DNA from: the human T2T-CHM13v2.0 reference genome, Homo sapiens
NCBI RefSeq assembly: GCF_009914755.1
Contig: NC_060935.1
DNA: 64,000 nucleotides
Reading direction: 5' to 3' (one strand)
This document shows, piece after piece, positions 53,125-64,000 of the stretch; position 1 is the first letter of the stretch, and each line of letters opens with the position of its first letter. The position numbers and the translations under genes were made by a program. The notes under the pieces are model-generated. The model had not been told where the DNA came from, did no database searches, and saw nothing but the letters and a program-made list of their open reading frames with translations.

Positions 53125-53566
53125 CCCCTCCCCTCCCCTCCCCTCCTCTCCTCTCCTTTCTTTTCTTCCTTTCCCCCTTTCTCCCTTTCCTTTCCCCTTT
53201 TCTCCCTTTCTCTCTTTTCTCTTTCTTTCTTTCTCTCTCTCTTTTTTCTTTTGAGACAGGGTTTCACTCTGTCACCCAGGCTGGAGTGCAGGAGTACAGT
53301 GGGGCAATCATGGCTCACTGAAGCCTTGACCTCCCTGGGCTCAAGCAATCCTCCCACCTCTGCCTCCTGGGTTGCTGGGACTACAGGTGCATGCCACCAC
53401 ACCCAGCTAATTTTTGTATGTTTTTTTGATAGAGACATGGTTTTGCCATGCTGCCTAGGCTGGTCTTGAACGCCCAGGCTGGTCTTGAACTCCTGTGCTC
53501 AAGTGATCCTTACGCCGTGGCCTCCCAAAGTGCTGGGATTACAGATGTGAGCCACTGCATCTGGCC
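53125..53566 (-). mobile_element. Alu (AluJ-type) with a CT-rich tail and a 19-nt internal tandem duplication
   Basis: Body ~53252-53566; gcc(t/c)aggctggtcttgaac appears twice at 53453-53490. Confidence 0.9.
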
Positions 53567-53732
53567 CCCAATTTTTAATTCAATGAGCCTAATCTACATC
53601 TCTTGCCTGCTGTTCTTTTAGTTTTTCTTCATGGCCTCTATTTTCCATTTTTTAAATGATCTCTTTGGCTAACTTCTCTGCTACTGTTTTCTGTTTGTAA
53701 GCTCCTGTTAAGGTGTGAAGTCTGGGATTTCA

Positions 53733-53736
<4 letters not shown>

Positions 53737-53773
<37 letters not shown>

Positions 53774-53781
53774 CGCATGTG
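53737..53781. repeat. (GT)14(GC)6 alternating purine-pyrimidine microsatellite
   Basis: Directly visible. Confidence 0.97.
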
Positions 53782-55735
53782 AGTAGGGGTGGGGGAGCTG
53801 GATGAGGGCAAGTATCATGGTGCCTTCCTGGAAAGCGAAGAATACATGTCCCTGGACTTTCAGTCCACTTGTGCACACTGTTATTTCCAGACTATATCTC
53901 TTAGTCTTATGGTTTTTCCTAAGGTACGGGAGGTAAGAAAGAAGGTGAGTTAAGGAAGGGTGGGAGGGCAGTGATACCTGTTCACATGTAACAAACAGAG
54001 ATTTTTGGATACTAAGAGAACAATTGATAACTTTCCCATACATTATGCAGTGGCTGAGTAGGGAAGAAAATTTGAGCCCCAAAATGCATTGGTAAGAATT
54101 GATCTGAAATTCAAGCTCTGTTGCAGCAATTCTGGCTACGTGATGTAATTTAGGAGGATGATGCAGGAAACAGGGCTGATATTTAGCTCCATGCTCTCAG
54201 TGGGCAGTAGAAATTGTAGAGGAAGCACAAACAGGAGGAATCAGGAAGTGTCAGAGACTGAGCTTTCCCCAAAGGCCACTGAACTTATGCCAGACTCGGT
54301 GTGTTTTATGAATCTACTCTAACCAACCACAACAGGGCATAAGGACTGACGATTTGCCATCTCACAGGAGTGACTGGCAAGTTTCAAGGCAAAAGTCAGT
54401 CCTGAAAGACTCCTTTTGGATGAATGTTTCACAGCAGGTAATAATGTGGTCAGAATACCTGTTGCCTAGGAGGCTCACATCTGCCACTTTCATACAGCAG
54501 GCAGCATCCTTCATGCTGTAGTGGGAGTCTTCATGAGGGCCTTCCTGGGTGGGAAGGTGTATAGGGTAGGGAACAGTGGCCTGGCCTGGCCAGTTTATCC
54601 CTGAAGACTGGCCACTAATGTCTTCCAGCTGGGCCTCTTCCTATTCACATGGAGTGAGAGGTGGGGAAGGGGCACCCCATGCCAAGCTTGCCAACCCCAT
54701 CTAAGAGGCACACATGTCTACAAACAGATGAGCCTCTACTTCATTATCACCTCGGCCGGGACATGTTCACATCTGATATTGGATTAAAGAGGTGCTAAAA
54801 TCAATCAAGCTGGAGCATAATTTCCAACACAGAGTGAAAATCAACCTTATGGGCCCACGCTTAGCCAGATGGACTGCCACCACCTGGTTTTATTAAAAAT
54901 AGAGGACTTGTCACCACTGACAGCCTAAATATTCCACTTTCCTCCTTTTTTCCTTTTCTCCAAAATATTCTCATTGCCTGTCCTGTCACCATCACTTACT
55001 CATTCAATAATCTGTAATTTTAACAAATAGCTAATATTTATTGTATACTTACTATGTGCCAGACACTGGAAATACAGCAATGAATCAAAGTGGGGTGGGG
55101 AACTAAGATTTGTTAACCACGTACTATGCGCCAGGTGCTTCCCCATTCACCATATCTTCTAACCCTCAAAACCAATCTGTGAGATAAACAGCATTAGGAC
55201 CATTTAACAGATGAAGCCAAGACACAGAGAGGTAAGGAGAATTATCCTAGGACACACAGCAGGTGGGAGAGCTAGGGCCATTAAGGAAGTTTTATTTCAT
55301 TCTGCTGATGGTTCTTGGAGGAATTCAAAGGTCAGAATTCTGTCATCACCCAAATGGCTTGCATAGATCTAAGCAGCTGCAGGATGGAAACCACATAACA
55401 GGAATGGCTGAGATTTCTCAAGCTGTCTGTTCTGCAGAAAGTGGTTCGCATGACTGTTTTATATCATAAGTCATGGAGCAGGATATGTATAAGGTACCCT
55501 CTCCTTACTCTGAGAACCAAATGAGAAGAAACTGCTAAATCTAGAGTCAAAGGGACATAGGCCAGAGTTAGGTACAAGGTCATACAATTAGTAAGTTGCA
55601 GAGCTGGGCATTTGAATTCAGGCCCTCTGAATCCAAGACCCATCCTCTTTCCACATTATCAGTCCAGCAGCAGCTATATGGCAAGACCACAAGAGCGGGA
55701 CCTTCACTGTTTCTGGCTCATAGAAGGTCTCCTAC

Positions 55736-55855
55736 CTGCCATCTTGCCTGCTGATTGTATATCCAAAGAGAGGGTTATTGACAAAACTGATGTTCACACC
55801 AACCAGGGGGGTTCCATCTGATGTCATCACTTGGCCACGAATAACACAAGCATGC
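55736..55855 (-). CDS. TENM4: TENM4 exon, 120 nt (phase 2-2), [39 protein letters not shown]; TTR-like region
   Basis: Acceptor ttcccacag|GCATGC and donor GGCAG|gtagga. Not in the ORF track; found by reading the minus strand. Confidence 0.95.
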
Positions 55856-58557
55856 CTGTGGGAAGAGAAGAGAGAATAAACATGATACACCTTTCATGGT
55901 CAGAGCCCTGGCTGGCAGGGAACCCCGAGAGGCCAGAAGCCAGAAAATCAGTCACTCAGACACATCTTGTACCCAGGGGTTCATGGTGTTCACTCAAGAT
56001 GCATAATAATCTTTAAAAAATATCACCTCAGTTTAGGGCATCAAAGTGTCCTTGAGAGAATTACTATTGGCAGGTGATTCAATGATCTCACTCGGAGGTT
56101 ATTTTCTAAGGATACTGTATTATGCTGTAAGGAGATAAAGCTGATCACAGAGGGCAATATCGCCTAGTTCTGTGTGTGGATGTGTAGTTCAATGATCTGG
56201 GGTCTAATCTTGGCTCTGCCACTTCCTAGCTCTCTGAACTTCAGTAGGCATGTGCCAGTTCTTTGAGGCTTTTTTTTTTCATCCTGGTATAGGGTAAGCT
56301 CCACAAATGACAATGGCTATTACTGTTATTAACAGTCTCATTGGAAGTGAACATACAAAAAAGTGAGCAGGAGAGAAGGTACTTCCTTTCATCTGACATT
56401 CGAGACAGGAGAAGGACAGATGCTAGCATGCTCTCAGAGTGAGTTTTGGAACCTGACACCTCTCCCAATATCCCTCCTCCCACTCTTACTCTATATTTTG
56501 GACAAGAAATTACCTGCTTTTCCCAAACTTGCCAGGCAAATGTTGCTTAGTGCCTCTGTCTGTGCAATGTTCTTCCATCTGCCTAAAATGTCATTCCTGC
56601 ACTCCTCTCCCAACTATTTCACCCTTGAAGAGCCAACTATTAATGACACCTCTTCCTTGAAGCCTTTCTTGATGTCCCTAATCAGAACTAGTTCCTCTCT
56701 CCCACAAAACCTGATGCAGACACCTTGATACTCTACCAAACCATACACACTCCTCCCTTCCACTAGATCCTGAGCTCTTTGAGGGTAGGTCAAGATTTCT
56801 TTCTTTCTCCTCACAGTGCCTGAACTATGTCTAACAAATGCTAGGTTGCCACTGAAAACATGGTGGCTGAGCAAATAAATGGGACAACTAGAGATCATCT
56901 AGAATGGTGGCTTTTCAAACATTCAGAAACAGAAACGTTAGGGTAGATGACATTTTATAAGGACTCCAAAGTGGAAAACGAATGAAAAGATCTACGCTGG
57001 ATGAAGTCGGGATGGAGGCCTCCTCTCCCTTGGGGTGATTTTGAAGGCAACTCTGTGGAGTTTCCGTGTCTGCAGAAGTCAGTTGGAAGATCCCTAAGTT
57101 AGTGGAACTTTCTCATTGTATGGAAGAGGAAACTGGTTTCCAGAGAGGTTATATTATGTGCCCGAAGCTCCATAGAAAGCAGGTGATAGAGGCAGGACTT
57201 GAACCTGGGCCTCACCACTCCAGGTCCCACTCTAACCAGTCACTTGCCACTGGCCGTGGGTGGAAATGAAGGCACTGGCTGGTGCAATGTCCTCAAGGAT
57301 CTGCACATTGGGGAGAAAGCCCTCGCTGAAAGACAGCTGAGTCAAAAACGCAGGTGCTGCGCACCACATAACCTTCTCTATTCACCTCAGGTGAGAAGGC
57401 TTTTTCTTCTGGCCTAGGGAAGAGCTACTGACGAGGCCCATGGGCATTCATTAAAAAAAGATCTCAAATTCAGTAACTGCCGTATGAAGTACCCACACCT
57501 CTACCTTCCTAGAGTGATAAACTTTTCTCTGTTGGACGAGAAAAGCAATTAACACCAGGCTTGTGAAGCAGCTGGTCTCACTAGTGTCAGCTTGTCCTTT
57601 CTGAAGGCAAGAACAACTACCCACAATGCACCAGACTCCCCACCCCACCCCACCCTCCTCACCTCACTCCACACAATCTGGTTAATGCTAATTCAGTCAG
57701 TGGTTTCCTTCCGAGGCCCTTGGTCTAAATGCAATTACACGGCAAACAAGTTAAGCGGGTGAGGCTCAGCAAAGACTTTCAATTCTGCTCTGAAGGTCTT
57801 CCAATGTATTTATGTGAAATTATCTCTCCGCTAATGGGGAAGATTTATTCCACCGATTGTATTCAGCTGGTGCTGAGAGATGTTTTCTTTAATGGAGGAC
57901 AATTGAATTTCGTATTGCTGGAACTCTGTCCTTCCAGAGAATTACTGACAGATCTCATCTCCTGACGCTGGCCACCAGCCAGCCTTCTCCAGACATATGT
58001 GCCTCTGGATTCTGCCTGGACAGAAACCAGTCCTGGGGGGATGGCTTCCTTTCTGGGGCTGTCCTGGCTGCTGCCCCTAATACACATGCAGGCCAGCCTC
58101 CTCTGATTGATCTCTCTTTGGGGATTTCCTGATAATTGGGAAACATTGAATCGGCACCATTTGGCTACCATGTAGCCTCCAACTTGGCAAGCCAGAGCAG
58201 ATGCAAGTTTAGCCTGGGCTCCCGTGGATTGCTTTTGGATTCTGGGGAAGATTAGGTTGACTCCCTGGACGCCGATAGGCCATAGAGGCCTCTTGCCAAC
58301 ACAGGCATTTGGCTCAGGAATTAAATCCTGGAGAAAAACACTTCCATCCCTGTTCTGTTTTCATGATTTTCACTTGTCTGGAAAGCCCAGATTAACATAA
58401 AGCCTTCCCTGGAACAAAGGAGATGGGAAGTCAGCTTGGTGGGGGCCTCTGAATTGTGTCTTGTGCCACATGCATTTGTCCTGGGAGGTTTGAAAAGATG
58501 TGAGTGCTGGGCTTCCCAATGCTTGCTTTCTGCATCCATTTATTTAATGGATACTAT

Positions 58558-58998
58558 CAGTGGGGTGCTGGCAAATGTTTAATGACCGACTTTTGAAAAA
58601 AAAAAGAAACAAAAAGAAAACCAGCTTCAGTTGCAGCGTTTGCTCATTTCTGTGGTGTAAATACTCTCATCATGGCTGTTTTCAAGCTACCAATGAGATG
58701 CCACTGAACACAGAGGTGGGAAGAGACACACAGGAGGATGCCATTATGCGGTACTGCCACCGTGGAGACGCGATGGTCCTGAGTAACCTCAAGAGCAAAC
58801 GTAACATCAAACATGGCAAAATAATTAGAAAGTAGTAAGTTTTGAGTATTTATTACCTTTGTTTTTAATGTACCTTATTTAATTTTATATAATTTAATTT
58901 TTAATAATGGCTGTGTTTAACAACCAGCTTGCAGAATTTCTGAACATTTAATAATCAGTTCTTGCGAACTGGTTCAAGCTGGCTTCTGCATGCCACTG
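58558..58998 (-). mobile_element. hAT DNA transposon MITE (MER63-like), 441 bp
   Basis: Imperfect TIRs CAGTGGGGTGCTGG ... ctgcatgCCACTG, and the subterminal aaatgtttaa block recalled for MER63. Confidence 0.75.
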
Positions 58999-61900
58999 GA
59001 ACACTGACCCTACACTGAGGGTTGGGCACTCGCTCAGGGCTGGAGATGTGGCTAAGAAATAGTTGCTGCTTTGAACGTAGAACTCCGCAGTGGAAGACTG
59101 CCTTAACTGCCTTAGTGAAAAACCATTAACGTGGGAGCAAATCACTGTCACCGACTTGGCTTCCCAGCTAGCTCATATGATCCTCTATTACCAGTCCTCT
59201 ATTTGACATGATTTGCTTCCTCATGGTCACTGTCTTGGTGTAATGGAGTTTTGGACTGTTATTTTCTACTCGTCCTTAGAGTCTCATCTAAGCTGTCACC
59301 ACCTCAGTAAGGTTGTCATCAACTTTTCCTGACACAATGAATCACCCCCTCCTTTGGGCTTTTATACACCTTATAAGTATCTCTCTAGTATTTGATGGTC
59401 GTATGTTTATATCATTTGCATTATATAGCCATCTCACATGTTTACGTGTGAGCCAGAGGAGGGCTGGACCACATCTCCAGAGAGGATAAGCACGGGATGC
59501 TGCTCTCAGAGTGTTTGTTAAGTGAAAAACAATCAAGTAACTGAAAGAGAGAAAAAGACTTGCTCGAGGTCACCCAGAAATGAATTCACTTGGCTGAGCT
59601 GACACTAAAGCTAGGTCTTCTTACTTCTGAGGCCTTAATCTTACTACTGTGTTATGTACCTGCAGTCACTAAAATTCCTTTAATTTCACAAAAAATCAGG
59701 CGCCTACTATGAGCCAGGCTCTGTGTTAGGTGCTGAGTTCCAGAAATGTATGAATTACGATCTCCACTTACTTGCTAGAGCTCACTAAAGCCAACGTGAA
59801 ATGCCCCCGTGTAGTTTTCTCTGACACCAGTGAGTCAACACTTGGGTTTGGCATATGTCAGGCAGCTGGGATATAAAACAAGCAATTAGGCTAGGTGAAC
59901 TCTGCCAGGAGGGAGCGCTTGTGCCAAGCCAAGGGTGGTGTCAAACATACTGGCATGAGTCCAACCACACACTCAGGGCCTGACTGAGGTGCCCTTGCCG
60001 ACGCCAACAAGGGAAAAGATCTGCCTGACTGCTTCCTGAAGAGAGTGACAAGGTTTGGGATCAACAGAAGAATCTGCTGGAGAGACAAAACCACTCCAAA
60101 ACAAAATCAAGCAAATAAAAAGCCAACCTCAACTGTTGCTCAGGGAAAAGTTGTAGGGCTGTGGTGGCAAGAGCACTAGGCTGGGAGTCATAGTTCCCAG
60201 TTCTGACTCTGGGAACTAACTGTATGATTTTGGAGTCATCTGACCTCTCTGAACCTCCATTCTCTCATCTGTCAAATGCAGGCTGAAGTTTTTCCCAACC
60301 TGGTATAAAATAGAATTCAACATATGTTTAAGAATTTATAACTGTTTTAATCTCATACTACCCAGTCCAGCTAAAGCAGCCCTACTGCACGTGGCTTCAG
60401 AATCTTAATGGAGCTCATGCAATACTTATACTTATCACTAAATTGTTCCCTCTATCTGGAAACTTCCACCTCTCCTAGGGCATTCACCAAGCAGTATACA
60501 CCACTCCTGCTCCTTCTGGGCTACTCCTCATGAACTCTGAGTGCTGTTGCTCTGCCAGGACAATCTTTTCCCCAGCAGAACATGAGCTCCATGAAGACAG
60601 GGACCAACCACATGTCCCTTACTGCTATATTCCCAGCATTGATCACGGTTGATGGTCATTTCTGAGTGGGGAAAAGAAAACCTCCTCCAAAACAGGTGTT
60701 TGCTCTGGAATTCGAATGCAGGGCACAGAGTAAGTTCTTGATAAATTATTTATGCAATGAATAAAGAGCTTATGTGCTTCTGTAACTTAAGGTGAGGGCG
60801 ATGTTAGAGAACTTTGAGCTACTTGACCTTGACAGGGATATGGTTAGAGAACCTAGGGCTGGAAGGGTTGTGCCCTTTCAAGAGGCCAGCCCGCACTCTC
60901 CCTCAAGGCTTGGGTACCTTCCCCTGGAAGACTCACTTGCCTCAGCCTAGCCCTGACCCTTTGATTCTATACCCTCCTCATCTGTACCACCTGTGATCTG
61001 AAAAACTTTGAAAAAGAATGCCAGAAACAAAGTTAGATTGATTATTCAATGTATATTATACAAGCAGATAAAGGAAGGCAAAGGGAGAAAAACTGCAGCT
61101 TTTATTATTTTGTGTGTGTGTTATTTTGTTATTAAGTGAAAGCAGCTACTTTGGTATTCAGGAGACGGGAATATCATTTGGGATCTAGGTGGCAAATGAT
61201 AAATCTAGCCTTTCTCTCCTTTAAAGTATTTGCTAGTCTATGCCATTATTGATTATGTAAATCACTCCTTTGCATTGTGTATTTTAAACAGGTTTTTTTG
61301 CCTGACTTGTGTAAATCCTTAAACTGTTTTCTGCTAACTTCTGCTGATTGAATGGGGATCTTTCCAGCATCTACTACAATTTACCTGAAGTCTTGTAAGA
61401 ACATTACCTGGGCCCAAATGAGAAGCCTCACTTCAGAGCCTGTTAAATTACTGCCACTGAAGGTGTTTCCAGTCACAGCCTGACATTGTCCTCTCTGCAG
61501 CTCCCAAGACCATCTTTCAAGCCCAGCCACCAGGCTGATCTGTAGCTCTCTCTTCCTAGTTTTCCATCTGACGCTCTACCTCAGTTTCTTGAACCAGCTT
61601 TTCCAGCCCAACATCTTCTGCCTATATACGTATTCTTGGGAAACCCCTGATTATGAAACATTCGAGTCAGAAGAACCCTTCCTGATCACCTCTTTCAAAC
61701 TTCTTTTGGTAAAGGTGAGAAAATAAAGTTCAGACAGGGAATGGACTTGCCCATTCTTGCAGACTTGTGGGGAGCCAGGACTGAATCAAATGCAGGATTC
61801 GCCATGAGAACTTGGGAGAGTCACTCCACCTCTTAAGATACTTGCAGTCTGACCGACACGTACTGAAATAATTGAGAATCCCAATTTGTCTTGGCTTCAC

Positions 61901-62361
61901 AATTCAGGGTTCACATAATTAGAGCCGGGTTCTGGAACCATTTTTGATTGCACGCCCTTTCTGTAAACATTTTTGAGCAGGCTCCTTCAATGTACTTGCA
62001 TTCATTTATAAATCGCACACATGTGCTACCATCGCTGGTTCACCTTGGGAAGGGTAACATACATTTGGTGCAAGGTTTGATGAGTATTCATATTTCAAAT
62101 AGCCTGCTTGATAATTTTGACTCTTTAAGTGAACTCTGCTAAGATTGTTGATCATTTGGAATCTCTTAGTTAACTTTTTGTTCAGTCTTATGAAAATAAT
62201 CATTTCTAACCTCATAGCGAGGTTGAGGAAAGTATTTAATATTAGGAGTAGAAGAAGTATCAGCTCTGCCATTTTGTTTGCTTGTACTCGCACTATTAGT
62301 ATTATCTTCCATTTGTATTTACCTTGCAAGAAACCTTTAAAGCCACTTTACCATTTTATGA

Positions 62362-62814
<453 letters not shown>

Positions 62815-63231
62815 ACTGTCCCTCTTTCTGTGGAGTAGATCTTGATCTCCCTCAGAATGCCTCATGTGCTGGTCCAGACATGTAACCAAGTAACACAGAG
62901 ACCAAAGGAACAAATCGGTGAGAATCCAACATTCTATAGAAATAAACCAGTCTTGCTTTCTTATTTCTTAAGATAAAAGAAACACTGTATAGATAGAGCC
63001 CCTAAAATTTTCTTCCTGTTCTCATGGCCCACCTTCGGTATCTACCTTGGGACTATGATAGTGTGTATGTGACTTTTTTGTATACAAAATAAACTTGAAT
63101 ATGCTATTTATTATTATACCCCAAAGCCAACTTCTCATTGTGCTTCAATCTTTATAACTTATTTCAAAGCTCATCCTATATTTACCATGTATATTTTCCA
63201 ATAGCCTTATGCCCAAACCAGTAAAACTTGA

Positions 63232-63426
<195 letters not shown>

Positions 63427-64000
63427 TAAGTTACAGGGGTCTTCTGAGTGACTGAGTCCACGTTCCTCATGTACAGGTGAGGTCAGTGATATCTGAAGGT
63501 GGGGCATCCCTTCCATCACTCCTTGAGGAGGGGGTACCACCAGCTCCGCCATGGTGCCGTGACACCACCTGGGGCCATCTAACAGCAAGATGGCCCAGCA
63601 CTTACTAGTGTCTTCAGGGACCTGAGGCTGTGCTTCCCGCAGAGCCCAGAAACCACTGTTCTGTGGCCTCCTAGCTAAGCATGGCTGTTGAGCTCCTTCA
63701 GACACCAAGGGAGCGTGAGCTCCCAGGCTGCAGAATCAATCTGTCAAGGCTGTGGGCAGCCTGGCTGCTCAATGCTGATGCTTCAGGCTGAGTCCTCTCC
63801 CATAGGAATCTTCTGGAATATTTTCTGCTGGCTGATAAAAGTGTACACAAGACCAGAGCCCTTGACTTGTCCACCATACTATGCTTCCAGGGAACTGAGC
63901 CCATCGACTATGGTGAGGGAGAAGCAGGACTGAGACAGTCTGGCCAGCAGGGAGCAAGGCCCTTGTCCCAGCTAAGTGGGTTGGTCATGTCTGGGGACAT

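Overview
This is primate, almost certainly human, genomic DNA from the 3' half of TENM4 (teneurin-4/ODZ4), which is transcribed on the minus strand. Ten internal coding exons (55855 down to 5323, 2504 nt) were reconstructed by hand. All have GT-AG boundaries and splice in frame. They encode the TTR-like/FN-plug region, the NHL beta-propeller (including the 21-nt RNKDFRHS micro-exon that the ORF track misses) and the start of the YD-repeat shell. Bases 1-1071 are the 5' end of a young L1HS-type LINE-1 in the same orientation as TENM4, with an intact 5'UTR, YY1 site, ORF1 start and 71-aa ORF0. The introns hold about 13 Alus, MSTA, MER21, LTR33-like and MLT1-like LTRs, MER63/MER5 DNA transposons, old L1M/L2/MIR fragments and microsatellites. 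No new gene system is evident, and nearly all short ORFs in the track are repeat-derived or incidental. The most unexplained signal is a possible 34-nt cryptic exon (46983-47016). It has a ~174-nt AG-free polypyrimidine zone, lies only 46 nt upstream of the 268-nt exon and shares that exon's phases, which is the layout of a mutually exclusive or decoy exon. Repeat subfamily names and disease-variant numbering are from memory and need database confirmation.
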